From contig OZ244561.1 of assembly GCA_965217585.1 (NCBI GenBank), forward strand, positions 256,001-320,000: a stretch of 64,000 bases of DNA, given 5' to 3'. The stretch comes from Candidatus Latescibacterota bacterium (GTDB lineage: Bacteria; Latescibacterota; UBA2968; UBA8231). Of this stretch, positions 1-10,248 are shown one piece after another (position 1 is the stretch's first letter; every line of letters begins with the position of its first letter). The position numbers and the translations under genes were made by a program. The notes beneath the pieces are model-generated. The model was not told the DNA's origin. It saw only the letters and a program-made list of their open reading frames with translations, and made no database searches.

Positions 1-2
1 AC

Positions 3-482
3 GCGACCTTAGCCAGCGTCCTCGCCGACGACTCGGTCCCAGATGTGCGCGGCGCGGCAGCTTGGAGCTTGGGCAATCTCCGCGACACCACGGCGGTGCC
101 CTCCTTGGTGCGTGCCTTGGCGGATACCGTTCCCTCGGTGCGCCGACAGGCCCTCGCCGCGCTTCAGTTTCTATGGACGCCGGCGGCCGAAGCGGCGACC
201 CTCACCGCGCTCCGCGACCGCGACGACAACGTGCGCTACGTCGCCGCACAACTGTTGGGGCACCACCGGACTCACCGCGCTCTCGACGCGCTGTGCCTCG
301 CCTTGACCGACGACAACATCTGGGTCCGTGCGGAGAGCGCTCGCACCCTCGGCCGCATCGGCGACACAACGGCCGTGGCCCCGCTAGAGCGCATGTTCGC
401 CGAGCGCGAAGGTCCCGACCACGAGGCCGCCAAAGAGGCATTGCAACAACTCACGGGCCTGAGCTACGCGGTCGCTCCCTAA
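3..482 (+). CDS. HEAT-repeat protein (5'-partial)
   Basis: Frame is open from the window start. Repeated PBS-lyase/HEAT motifs (VRGAAAWSLG, VRRQALAAL, VRYVAAQLLG, VRAESARTLG). Confidence 0.85.
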   Translation, partial: ATLASVLADDSVPDVRGAAAWSLGNLRDTTAVPSLVRALADTVPSVRRQALAALQFLWTPAAEAATLTALRDRDDNVRYVAAQLLGHHRTHRALDALCLALTDDNIWVRAESARTLGRIGDTTAVAPLERMFAEREGPDHEAAKEALQQLTGLSYAVAP

Positions 483-2162
483 TTGCACGTCTTTTCGCTG
501 CTTTTCGCCGTACTTCTATGTGCGCCCTCCCTGCGCGCCCAGCCCCAATTTAACGACCAAACCGCTGCTGCTGGAATCACTTACCGCAATGTTTTTGGCG
601 GGGAAGAGAAGCAGTACATCCTAGAGTCCCACGGTAGCGGCGCAGCCTTCTTCGACCACGACTCCGACGGCGACCTCGACCTCTACATAGTCAATGGGGC
701 CACCTTTGCCACGTACCGGGGCCGCTCGGGGCCGGGCAACTCGCTCTATCGCAATCACGGCGACGGCACGTTTGCGGAAATCACCGCCCCAGCCGGAGTC
801 GGCGACGCCGGCTGGGGCGGTGGCGTGGCCGTGGGCGACATCGACAACGACGGTCGCCCAGACCTCTATGCGACCAACTACGGGGCCAACGTGCTCTACC
901 GCAATCGCGGCGGCGACCGCTTTGCCGATGCAACCCGAGAAGCGGGCGTTGGCGGCGACCAATACAGCGCCAGCGCGGCCTTCTTCGACTACGACCGCGA
1001 CGGTGACCTCGACCTCTACGTGGCCAACTACGTCGTCTTCGACGCCGAGCGCCTGCCGGCCAAACCCAAGCTCTGCACCTTTTTCAGCGGCCTCCGCGTC
1101 TATTGTGGCCCCAAGGGATTAGTCGGCGCGCCGGATGTGCTCTACCGCAACGAGGGCGACGGCGCGTTTACCGACGTCACCCAAGCGTCCGGCGTGGCTA
1201 CCGCCAACCGCTATTACGGCTTGGGCGTGGTCCCGACCGATTACGATTCCGATGGCGATAGCGACCTCTTTGTCGCCAACGACGAGACTCCCAACGTACT
1301 CTTCCAAAACCAAGGCGACGGCACCTTCCAAGACGTCGCCCTCATCGCGGGTGTGGCGTACAACGGCGACGGCGACGTCGAAGCCGGCATGGGCGCGGAT
1401 TTTGGCGACTACGATCAAGACGGCGATCCAGACCTGTACGTGACCCACTTTTTTACCGAGACGAACACGCTCTACCGCAACGAGGATGGCGTGCGTTTCT
1501 CCGACGTCACGACCACGGCTGGCCTCGCCGCGCCCACAGTAGAGCTGTTAGGTTGGGGAACGCGCTTTTTCGACTACGACAACGACGGTCGCCTCGACCT
1601 CTTCGTCGCCAACGGCCACGTATATCCGCAGGTTGACCAAGCCACAACCGGCACCAGCTACCGCCAGCTCAACCAGCTCTTCCGCAACGAGGGCGACGGC
1701 CGCTTTGCCCCGGTGTCAGCCGGTCCTGGGCTGGCGCAGGCCAAAGTCAGTCGCGGCACCAGCTTTGGCGACTACGACGACGACGGCGATATAGATCTCT
1801 TTGTAGTAGAGCTCAACGACGCGCCAACTCTGTTGCGCAACGATGGGGGGAATGCGGGAAACTATCTCGTGGTGCAGGTCTTTGGCCGCGAGGACAACCG
1901 CGATGGGGTCGGCGCTCGCATCGGCCTGCAAGCAGCCGGCAAACGCCAGTGGCGCACGATCAACGGCGCGGCCAGCTACCTCTCGCACAGCGACTTGCGC
2001 GTCCACTTCGGCTTGGGTGCAGCGCAAGCCATCGACCGCGTCGAAATCACCTATCCCAACGGCAGCACTTACGCAGTAGAGAACGTGCCCGCCAACAAGC
2101 TCTTAGTCGTCCGCCAAGGACAGGGACACGCCCTCCTCAAACTAGGCGCGAATCCCTTTTAA
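483..2162 (+). CDS. CRTAC1-family protein (FG-GAP/VCBS repeats + C-terminal ASPIC/UnbV)
   Basis: Signal peptide, about 7 DxDxDGxxDLYV repeats, C-terminal SYLSHSDLRVHFGLG ASPIC motif. Confidence 0.9.
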   Translation: MHVFSLLFAVLLCAPSLRAQPQFNDQTAAAGITYRNVFGGEEKQYILESHGSGAAFFDHDSDGDLDLYIVNGATFATYRGRSGPGNSLYRNHGDGTFAEITAPAGVGDAGWGGGVAVGDIDNDGRPDLYATNYGANVLYRNRGGDRFADATREAGVGGDQYSASAAFFDYDRDGDLDLYVANYVVFDAERLPAKPKLCTFFSGLRVYCGPKGLVGAPDVLYRNEGDGAFTDVTQASGVATANRYYGLGVVPTDYDSDGDSDLFVANDETPNVLFQNQGDGTFQDVALIAGVAYNGDGDVEAGMGADFGDYDQDGDPDLYVTHFFTETNTLYRNEDGVRFSDVTTTAGLAAPTVELLGWGTRFFDYDNDGRLDLFVANGHVYPQVDQATTGTSYRQLNQLFRNEGDGRFAPVSAGPGLAQAKVSRGTSFGDYDDDGDIDLFVVELNDAPTLLRNDGGNAGNYLVVQVFGREDNRDGVGARIGLQAAGKRQWRTINGAASYLSHSDLRVHFGLGAAQAIDRVEITYPNGSTYAVENVPANKLLVVRQGQGHALLKLGANPF

Positions 2163-2165
2163 TTA

Positions 2166-3392
2166 TCAACCCGCGCTGCGCGCGGCCCGCACCCGCTCAA
2201 TTTCGGCGAGCCGCTCTTGCGCGGCGGAAAATTCGGGATGGAGTTTGAGGAGTTGCTCAAAGACCGCAGCGGCCTTGTTGACATATCCGAACTCTAGATG
2301 GAGCATCCCCAAGTTGTAGGCAGCCTCCGGGGCACGCGGCGACCGGCTCGCGGCCCGTTTGAGGCTGGCAAGCCGTCCTTCGTATTCCTTGAGCTTGGCA
2401 AAGACCTGCATTAGCTCGCGACCCTCGTCGCTGCGACCCTGCTTGAGGTAGAGCTGGGCCAAGCTGTAGTGGGCACCCGCATGGCCGGGATCGCGCTTTA
2501 TGGCCTCCAGGTAGTAAGTAGCCGCCTGTTCCTCGTGCCCCAGTTTGGCCGTCACCGCGCCCAAGCGGTGATAGGAGTCAGCGTGGGCCGCATTTTTGAG
2601 CAAGGCTTGGTGAAAGTAACTCCGTGCCGCTTCGAGCTTGCCTTCCTGCTCGCTGATAACGCCGAGGTCGTAAAACGCGCTCGCCGTCTCGATGCCGAGT
2701 TCCACGGCTCGCCGATAGGCCGCCCTAGCTTCTGCGTATTGGCTCAAGGCCATGTTGCTCTCGCCCAAGAGCGCGTACACCCCCCCTTCGTCCGGGTGGT
2801 CTGCGAGGGTGCGCTGGTATTCGGCAATGGCTTCGCCCGGGCGGTGCTGCAAATGATAGACCCTCCCCAAATTGGCCCGGGCTTGCAGGAAGGTCGGCAC
2901 CAAGCGCACGGCTTCCTCGTACTGAGCAGCGGCCTCGGCGTAGAGGCCCTGTTGCTGATATAGATAGCCGAGGTTGTAGTACACGGCCCCGAAATCGGGT
3001 CGAAGCGCGAGTGCCTTCTTATAGCTGTCCTCTGCTGCTAAAAAACGGCCCAATCCGTCGAGCGAAACGGCGAGGCCAATCCGCGCCTCAAAGTGCTCGG
3101 GGGCCAGCGCCAGCGCCTGTTCAAAGTGGGGGATCGCCGCGTCAAAGCGCTCTAGCGCCGCATGCGTCACGCCTAGATTGCTATGGGCTTGGGCGAGATC
3201 TGGATCCAGCTCGACGGCCTGCTGATAGTAGCGGGCCGCTTCGTCCATTTGGCCTTGAGCGCGCAAGCGGTCACCTTGCTCGACGGCTTTTTGCGCGGCG
3301 TTTGCCTGGTACTGCGAGTACCAGTATGAGCCGCCCAAGCCGAGGGCAATCGCCAGCGCGGCTCCTACGATATAAAAGAGACGACGCGGCAC
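2166..3392 (-). CDS. Membrane-anchored TPR protein
   Basis: N-terminal TM helix, then many 34-aa TPR units (AHSNLG, VYYNLG, AFYDLG). Confidence 0.9.
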   Translation of the reverse strand: MPRRLFYIVGAALAIALGLGGSYWYSQYQANAAQKAVEQGDRLRAQGQMDEAARYYQQAVELDPDLAQAHSNLGVTHAALERFDAAIPHFEQALALAPEHFEARIGLAVSLDGLGRFLAAEDSYKKALALRPDFGAVYYNLGYLYQQQGLYAEAAAQYEEAVRLVPTFLQARANLGRVYHLQHRPGEAIAEYQRTLADHPDEGGVYALLGESNMALSQYAEARAAYRRAVELGIETASAFYDLGVISEQEGKLEAARSYFHQALLKNAAHADSYHRLGAVTAKLGHEEQAATYYLEAIKRDPGHAGAHYSLAQLYLKQGRSDEGRELMQVFAKLKEYEGRLASLKRAASRSPRAPEAAYNLGMLHLEFGYVNKAAAVFEQLLKLHPEFSAAQERLAEIERVRAARSAG

Positions 3393-3444
3393 TTGCTCAG
3401 GGTGGGGATTTTCGCTGCCCTGTCAGATATGGGACTCGTGTACA

Positions 3445-3897
3445 CTACTGCCGGACAACTTCTAGCGCGGTCATGATCTGATCTTGGCCCCAAGTTCCTC
3501 CGAGCCGGAGCGAACTCGTCGCTATCGAGCCGGTGATGGTGTCTTCTTCTTTGGTGAAGGCATAGACCGTCTTGGCATTGAGGTAGCGCAACTCTAAGGT
3601 AATCTGGTCGGGATCGTCGGGCTGGATAATGTCGATTTCCTGGATAAAATCATTGCGGCCCTCGCCATAGATCAACGTGGCAGACAGGGTAACTTTTTTA
3701 GGGGTGACCCGTACAATGCTTATTGAAACGGGGCGATCTTGCCCACTGACTCCATTGGATAGGGCGAAATTCCCGGTGCCTTCGTATTCGCCGACCCAGG
3801 CATCGGCGTAATCAGACGTCGGTTGAACGGCTTCATCCGAACCGCAGCTCAGGGTCGTCAAGAGGCCCACTAGGGCCAACCATGTCCATTGTTTCAT
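3445..3897 (-). CDS. Hypothetical lipoprotein
   Basis: GGAGG RBS upstream and lipobox-like TLSC after a hydrophobic stretch. Confidence 0.7.
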   Translation of the reverse strand: MKQWTWLALVGLLTTLSCGSDEAVQPTSDYADAWVGEYEGTGNFALSNGVSGQDRPVSISIVRVTPKKVTLSATLIYGEGRNDFIQEIDIIQPDDPDQITLELRYLNAKTVYAFTKEEDTITGSIATSSLRLGGTWGQDQIMTALEVVRQ

Positions 3898-4022
3898 CGT
3901 GCGTACCTCCGCAGAGATTTTTGTTCGGCAAAAGTATAGCGCACAACGCGACGCGAATCAACCGCTTTGTCCCGCCGCCACTCGCCAATTCTCCCCTCAG
4001 TTCGTACACTATGCGTGCCAAA

Positions 4023-6284
4023 ATGTATCCACTGACAAAGACGCCAACACGCTTAGTTATCGCGCTCGCCGCCTTGTCGGGCTGCACCTCCGAGCCGCCT
4101 CTTCCCGCGCAGAGCGCGCAGCGCTACGAACAGGCCCGCCAACACCTAGCGGCCGGCCGTTTGGACACCGCCGCCCACGTGCTCGAAGCACTCGTCCAGC
4201 GCGATACCCTGCACTACGAGGCCGCGCTCGCGCTCGGGGAAATCTACCTGCGGCAACGGCGCTACCAACAAGCCTTGTCGCCGCTCGCCCGTGCGCAGAA
4301 GCTCGCGCCCGAGCGCATTGAGGCCCGGTTGCAATTGGCCCAAACCCTCAATAAACTCGGGCGTCAAGCCGAGGCCCGCGCCCTTTTCGACGCCCTCGTG
4401 GAGGCCTTCCCCGGCAACGCGGTCGCCTGCATGGCATACGCCGACCTCCTGATGACGCAAGACCAACCCGACGCCGAGGGTGCCCTCGCCCAGTACGAAG
4501 CCATCCTCGCCGTCGATCCCAAGCACTACCGAGCACGCTCTGGCAAGGCCGCCTCGCTCTTGCGCTTGGGCGACTTTGCTGACGCAGCCGCCCGCCTCGA
4601 CAGCTTACTCGCCGAGCGGCCGACCAACGTATATCTATCCTTCCTGTTGGGCGCGGCCCACCACCACTTGCGCCAATACGCCGAGGCCGTCGCCGCGTAC
4701 AAGCGCTCCATTGACGTCCTGCCCCCGACCTCGCCGCAGCGCACCGTGCGCCAATGGAACCTGCGGCTGGCCTATATCGAGGCGTATGGCACCTACCCAG
4801 GCGACCTCGAACCGGCCTATCAAATCGGCTTGGCTCCGCTGGCCGAGGCATCGCCGGTGCGCTTCACCGATGTGGCCGCAACAGCCGGCGTCGGCAAGCG
4901 CGATCGAGGACGCGGCGTGGCGTGGCTCGACTACGACACCGACGGCGACTCGGACCTCTTCGCTGCGGGCATCCAAACCTCGCACGCACTCTACCGCAAC
5001 GACGGCGACGGCCGCTTTGCCGACGTATCTACCGCAGCCGACCTCGCAGACCCGAGCGGCGGCTGGGCGGCCATTGCCGCAGACTACGATGGCGACGGTC
5101 ACCCCGACCTCTTTGCCACTCGCGAGGCTTGGGAGGGCCTCGCGCCCAACTCGCTCTATCGCAACCAAGGCGATGGAACCTTTCGCGATGTCGCGCCTCA
5201 AGCCGGAGTCGCTGGCACAGACGACAGCTTCATGGCCGTCTGGACCGACTACGACAACGACGGCCTGCCGGATCTGTACGTGGCCTCGGGCATCACCGGC
5301 AGCGGGCGGCCCAACCGCCTGTACCACAACCAAGGAGATGGCACCTTTACCGACCGCGGCGCGCAGGCCGGGGTGGACTACCGCGGCAAAACCCTCGGCG
5401 TGACCTGCGGTGACTACGACGGCGACGGCGATAGCGACCTCTACGCCATTGATGTCGCCGCCCCCAACCACCTCTACCGCAACGACGGGCGGCACTTCAG
5501 CGACGTCACCGCCGAGGCTGGCGTGGCCAAACCGGGCGAGGGCAGCTACGTGGGATTTTTCATCGACGGCGACGGCGACGGCGACCGCGACCTCTTCGTC
5601 TCGGCCATGAACTTTTACGAAGACATCGTGCAATCGCAGGTCACGGGGCTGGCCCTGCGCCCGACCCGCGCTTATCTATACCGCAACGACGGAACGACCT
5701 TCCGCGACATCGCTCCCCAGCAGGGATTGGCCCGCTCCTTTGGCTCGATGGGCGCGGGCTATGGCGACGTGGACTACGACGGTCTAATCGACATCTACCT
5801 GACCAACGGCGGCCCCCTAATGGCGCGCTTTGAACCCAACACCCTGTTCCACAACCGCGGCGACCGCTTTGCCGACATCACGGCCGCGGCTGGCGTCGGC
5901 AACCCAGGCAAGGGGCACGGCGTGGGTTTTGCCGACTATGACCTCGACGGCGATCTCGACCTCTATACCGCGGTCGGCGGCCATTACCCAGGCGACCTGT
6001 GGGCCAACAGCTTGTACCGCAACGAGGGTCATTCCAACCACTTCCTCGGCGTGGATTTAGGACCTCAAGCCATCGGCGCACAGTTGCGCCTGCGCGCCCA
6101 AGATCTGCTCGGGGTCGTGGAAATCAGCAGCGGTCCGGGGTTTGGGTCGTCCAACAGCTTGTCCCCAGCCCTCGGTTTGGGGGCGCGTACCCGCGTCGAT
6201 ACCCTAGAAATCCGCTGGCCCAACGGCGCACAGCAAGTGTATGCCGATCTGGAAATTGACCGTTTCCACCGCTTTGCCGAGTAG
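4023..6284 (+). CDS. TPR + FG-GAP/ASPIC-UnbV lipoprotein
   Basis: Lipobox LSGC, N-terminal TPRs, DYDxDG repeats and ASPIC-like tail. Start moved to ATG 4023. Confidence 0.88.
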   Translation: MYPLTKTPTRLVIALAALSGCTSEPPLPAQSAQRYEQARQHLAAGRLDTAAHVLEALVQRDTLHYEAALALGEIYLRQRRYQQALSPLARAQKLAPERIEARLQLAQTLNKLGRQAEARALFDALVEAFPGNAVACMAYADLLMTQDQPDAEGALAQYEAILAVDPKHYRARSGKAASLLRLGDFADAAARLDSLLAERPTNVYLSFLLGAAHHHLRQYAEAVAAYKRSIDVLPPTSPQRTVRQWNLRLAYIEAYGTYPGDLEPAYQIGLAPLAEASPVRFTDVAATAGVGKRDRGRGVAWLDYDTDGDSDLFAAGIQTSHALYRNDGDGRFADVSTAADLADPSGGWAAIAADYDGDGHPDLFATREAWEGLAPNSLYRNQGDGTFRDVAPQAGVAGTDDSFMAVWTDYDNDGLPDLYVASGITGSGRPNRLYHNQGDGTFTDRGAQAGVDYRGKTLGVTCGDYDGDGDSDLYAIDVAAPNHLYRNDGRHFSDVTAEAGVAKPGEGSYVGFFIDGDGDGDRDLFVSAMNFYEDIVQSQVTGLALRPTRAYLYRNDGTTFRDIAPQQGLARSFGSMGAGYGDVDYDGLIDIYLTNGGPLMARFEPNTLFHNRGDRFADITAAAGVGNPGKGHGVGFADYDLDGDLDLYTAVGGHYPGDLWANSLYRNEGHSNHFLGVDLGPQAIGAQLRLRAQDLLGVVEISSGPGFGSSNSLSPALGLGARTRVDTLEIRWPNGAQQVYADLEIDRFHRFAE

Positions 6285-6291
6285 CCCTGAG

Positions 6292-7503
6292 ATGGCGTGG
6301 CGACTGCTCTGCGCGGCATTTGCGCTCGCCTCCTGCGCCTCCGAGCCCGTGCCGGCACCGGATGCAGCCGATCACCTCGCCCGTGCCCGCGCTCACTTTG
6401 CGGCGACCCGCTTTGAAGAAGCGGCCGCCGCCGCCCGCGCCGGGTTAGCCATCGACTCGACGAATGCAGACCTCCACAATGTGCTGGCCTCGTCTCACGC
6501 GGCTCAGGGGCGCTACGCACTGGCCATAGAATCCCTCGAAACAACCGTCCGTCTCAAGCCCGATTACGCCATGGGCTTTGTGAACCTCGGCGGGATTTAC
6601 ACCAAGCTGGGCCAGTACGATCGCGCCGACACCTATCTCCAGCGCGCCGTCCAGCTCAGTCCCGACAACTCACCCGTGCGCCGACGCTTGGGCGAGTTGT
6701 ACTTGTCCACGGGCCGCTACGCCGAGGCCACCCGCGAACTGCTCGAAGCCCTGCGCCTCTTTCCCAACGACGCCACGCTCTACTACTACCTCGGCCAAAG
6801 CCTTGCGTCCGAGGGTCGGCAGGACGATGCCTTGGAGGCCTTTCAGCGCGCCACCTTGCTCGACATCGGCTTTGCCGACGCCTTCTATCGCCTCGCTACC
6901 CTCGCCCGCAAGGCCGGCCACGCCACCTTGGCGCAGCAGGCCCTGACGAGCTTTAAGCACCTGCAAGCGCTCAGCGGCAAGGAGGTCAAGCGGCTGCGCG
7001 CAGCCATCCTCAACGCGCCCGAAGAAGCCGCTCATCACTACAACCTCGGCCTGTTCTTCGTCCGGCACGGGTACTTTGCTCAAGCCGAGAACAAATTCGA
7101 CCGGGCCGTCGCCCTGCGTCCCGGGGACCTCGCCCTGCTCAACCGCCTTGCCGGCGACCTCCTGACACTGCAACAGCCCGAAGCCGCGCTGCGCTACTTA
7201 CAGGTCGCCCTCGACCAAGACCCAGCGCATTTTCCCGCCTTGCTCAATGCCGGCCACATCGCCGGCCAACTCGGACGCTACGACGAGGCCGTTGCCTACT
7301 GCCGCCGAGCGGTTGCGGCGCGCCCCGACGACGCCGAGGGCTGGTACCTCCTCGGCTTGGGCCTGTTCAGCAATGGGGAACGCGCAGCCGCTGAACAGGC
7401 ATTGCGCCGCAGCCTAGCGCTGAGCGCGGACGCCGAGACGCTGCGGACTAAGACCCAGCAACTTCTCAACACCCTGCAACAACAATCCACAGAAACGCCG
7501 TGA
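6292..7503 (+). CDS. TPR lipoprotein
   Basis: LASC lipobox and tandem TPRs. ATG lies 7 nt after the upstream stop. Confidence 0.88.
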   Translation: MAWRLLCAAFALASCASEPVPAPDAADHLARARAHFAATRFEEAAAAARAGLAIDSTNADLHNVLASSHAAQGRYALAIESLETTVRLKPDYAMGFVNLGGIYTKLGQYDRADTYLQRAVQLSPDNSPVRRRLGELYLSTGRYAEATRELLEALRLFPNDATLYYYLGQSLASEGRQDDALEAFQRATLLDIGFADAFYRLATLARKAGHATLAQQALTSFKHLQALSGKEVKRLRAAILNAPEEAAHHYNLGLFFVRHGYFAQAENKFDRAVALRPGDLALLNRLAGDLLTLQQPEAALRYLQVALDQDPAHFPALLNAGHIAGQLGRYDEAVAYCRRAVAARPDDAEGWYLLGLGLFSNGERAAAEQALRRSLALSADAETLRTKTQQLLNTLQQQSTETP

Positions 7504-8312
7504 CCGCACTACTTCCGCTCTTTTTGCCCCTCGCCCTCTCTTTTGCTTGTAGCGGGCCAGATCCCCGCGCCGAAGATTGGTCCCAACACTATCAAGCCGG
7601 TCTCACAGCTCTCGGCCAGAGCCGCTTTGCCGAGGCCGAACAAGCCCTATCCCACGCCCTGACTATAGCCGAGACCTTTGCCCCCGACGACCCGCGCTAC
7701 GGCCGTACCGCCCACCAGCTCGCCCAGCTCCACGTCGTGCGCGGCGAACTCGCACGGGCCGAAAGCCTCTACCAACACTTGCGCGAGCGGCAAGCGGCTC
7801 TCCCGGACGACCATCCCGACAAGATGTTGACGCTCGACAAGCTGGGCGACACCTATCGACTCCAGCAGAGACCAAGCGAGGCCACCGCGCTCTACGGCCG
7901 CGTCCTCGCCTTTCAGCAGGCGCACCGAGGCGATGAAGAAGTCGCAGCGACCATGCAGAAGTTATCCGATCTCCGCCGAGCACAGGGCCATCACGCCGCG
8001 GCCGATTCCCTCGCTCAGCGCGCCCATGCCCTCAACCTCCGCGCCCGCGCCCATGCCCTGTTCCTCCAAGGCCACTACCAACAGGCCGCACCCCTGTACC
8101 ACAGCGCCCTGGCCCTGCAAGCGGGCGAGCATCCCGACTTGGCCCGCACCTGTTACTACCTAGGCCGCCTGTACGACGCGCAGGATCGCTATCGGCAGGC
8201 CGAGCACTTCTACCGACGTGCCCTCGCCGCGTCTCCCGCCAGCGACCCCGACCAGGTCGGCGCAGCACTCGCCGACCTACTTGCCCGCAAGGCTGCATCC
8301 GCCCATCCCTAA
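7500..8312 (+). CDS. TPR protein (kinesin-light-chain-like long TPRs), probable lipoprotein
   Basis: GTGA overlap with the previous gene, SFAC lipobox-like motif, HPDxxxTL/HPDLARTC repeats. Confidence 0.8.
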   Translation: MTALLPLFLPLALSFACSGPDPRAEDWSQHYQAGLTALGQSRFAEAEQALSHALTIAETFAPDDPRYGRTAHQLAQLHVVRGELARAESLYQHLRERQAALPDDHPDKMLTLDKLGDTYRLQQRPSEATALYGRVLAFQQAHRGDEEVAATMQKLSDLRRAQGHHAAADSLAQRAHALNLRARAHALFLQGHYQQAAPLYHSALALQAGEHPDLARTCYYLGRLYDAQDRYRQAEHFYRRALAASPASDPDQVGAALADLLARKAASAHP

Positions 8313-8332
8313 CGCTCACAGGAGTCTCTTGT

Positions 8333-9334
8333 ATGAACCGTCCCCCCACAGAGTTCAAGCGCATCGCCGCCGCCGACCTCAGAGCCTTTGGCACGGCCTG
8401 CCTGCGCGCCGCTGGCATGTCCGCCGCACACGCCGCACAGTTGGCCGACCTGCTGACCAATTCGGACTTGCGCGGCGTGCGCTCGCACGGCACCCGCGCC
8501 CTATACGGGTATTGCTGCACGCTCCGCGATAAAAAGGCCAACCCCGCCCCAGACATCCGCGTCCTGCGCGAAAGCGACACCCACGTCTTTGTCGATGGCG
8601 ATGGCAGCCTCGGGTACGCGCCGACCATGCTGGCCACGGAACGCGCCATCGCCAAGGCCAAGGAAAAGGGCCTCGCCGTCGGCGCGGCCTGCCACATTGG
8701 ACACTACGGCTCAGCGGGACACTACGTGCGCCGTGCCATGGCGGAAAACTGCGTGGCCTTCTCGGTGCAAGCGGCCTATCCCCAGTACTACCCCAGCAAC
8801 GACGGCAAGCGCGCCGCCCACTACGGCAACCCGCCCTTGTGCTTTGGCCTACCCGGGCAAGAAGGGCCACCGGTGGTGCTCGACGTAGCCACCTGCATCC
8901 TCGCCGACTACCAACGCGGCGAGCCGATCGAAGCCATTGAAGAACTGATCCCGGCGGCCTTCTTTAAATCCATGGGCTACACCGCGGTCGCCACCCTGCT
9001 CGGTGGGGTTTTTGTCGGCCAAGGCGACACCCGCGCCCGCGAGGTCGCCGCGCAATGGCCAGCGGCGCGCATGGGCAGCTTAATTCTCGTCCTCGACTTG
9101 GACCTCTTCGCGCCCGCTCCGCAAGTGCGCCACGGCGTCGATGAGCTGGTGCGCCTAGCGAGCGAGCAGATGATCCCGCTGCGCGGGTACGACGAAGTCA
9201 CCCTGCCTGGCACACCCGAACACCGCAACGAGGAAGCGTACGCACGCGACGGCGTACCCGTCGGCGTAGAGGACATTGAGCGCCTAGCCGAGTGCGGCCG
9301 GGCCTTTGGCGTCGCGCCCCCGTGGCTGGACTAA
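8333..9334 (+). CDS. Ldh_2 family (malate/L-lactate/L-sulfolactate-type) NAD(P)-dependent oxidoreductase
   Basis: DLRGVRSHG, HYGSAGHY, GNPP and LDVAT motifs. Confidence 0.88.
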   Translation: MNRPPTEFKRIAAADLRAFGTACLRAAGMSAAHAAQLADLLTNSDLRGVRSHGTRALYGYCCTLRDKKANPAPDIRVLRESDTHVFVDGDGSLGYAPTMLATERAIAKAKEKGLAVGAACHIGHYGSAGHYVRRAMAENCVAFSVQAAYPQYYPSNDGKRAAHYGNPPLCFGLPGQEGPPVVLDVATCILADYQRGEPIEAIEELIPAAFFKSMGYTAVATLLGGVFVGQGDTRAREVAAQWPAARMGSLILVLDLDLFAPAPQVRHGVDELVRLASEQMIPLRGYDEVTLPGTPEHRNEEAYARDGVPVGVEDIERLAECGRAFGVAPPWLD

Positions 9335-9381
9335 CAAAGCGCCGGTTTCTACCTTAACGAACCGCAAAAAGGAGGAATTTT

Positions 9382-10248
9382 ATGAGCCTGACGCGCGCGC
9401 GCCACGCCGAGCTAAAGCGCTATGCCATCCAATTGCGCCGCCTAGTCGTCGAGTCGGTACACCACGCTGGAGCCGGCCACTTGGGCGGCCCCATGTCTGC
9501 AGCCGAACTGCTCGTCGCCCTGTACTTCGCCGAGCTGAACATCGACCCGGCCCAGCCCCGCGACGAAGACCGCGACCGCTTCATCCTGTCCAAAGGGCAT
9601 TCCTCAATTGGCCTCTACGCGGCTTTGGCCCTGCGCGGCTACCTGCCCATTGAAGAACTCGCCACCTTTGACGCCATTGACTCCCGCCTACAGGGCCACC
9701 CGGACATGAGCGTCCTCCCCGGCCTCGACATGTCCACCGGCTCGCTGGGCCAAGGCCTGTCACCCGGCCTCGGCATGGCCCTCGCCGCCCGTCTGCAGGA
9801 GCAGGACTTTCGCACTTGGGTGATGATCGGCGACGGCGACTCTCAGGAGGGGCAGATATGGGAAGCGGCCTTTGTCGCGGCGCGCTACGGCCTCGACAAT
9901 CTCACCGCCATCCTCGACTGGAACGGCCTCCAGCAATACGGCTGGGCCACCGAAAGGGGCTACGACACGCTTGACCGCTTGGCAGCGCAGGAAAATCCAC
10001 TCAGCCGCTGGCGCGCCTTTGGCTGGAACGCCATCGAGACCGACGGCCACGACTTTCCCGCCATTTTCTCGGCCTTTGCCGCGGCCAAAGCACACCGCGG
10101 TCAACCCACCATCATCGTCGCCCGCACGGTCAAGGGCAAAGGGATCTCCTACATGGAAAACGACTTCAACTGGCACTCCAAACCGGTGACCGACCAAGAC
10201 CTCAAACAAGCGCAAGACGAACTCACCGCGCAGGAGGCCGCGCTGTGA
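9382..10248 (+). CDS. Transketolase, N-terminal (TPP-binding) subunit
   Basis: GHLGGPMS, DRFILSKGH, LQGHP, TGSLGQG and GDGDSQEG motifs. Confidence 0.95.
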   Translation: MSLTRARHAELKRYAIQLRRLVVESVHHAGAGHLGGPMSAAELLVALYFAELNIDPAQPRDEDRDRFILSKGHSSIGLYAALALRGYLPIEELATFDAIDSRLQGHPDMSVLPGLDMSTGSLGQGLSPGLGMALAARLQEQDFRTWVMIGDGDSQEGQIWEAAFVAARYGLDNLTAILDWNGLQQYGWATERGYDTLDRLAAQENPLSRWRAFGWNAIETDGHDFPAIFSAFAAAKAHRGQPTIIVARTVKGKGISYMENDFNWHSKPVTDQDLKQAQDELTAQEAAL

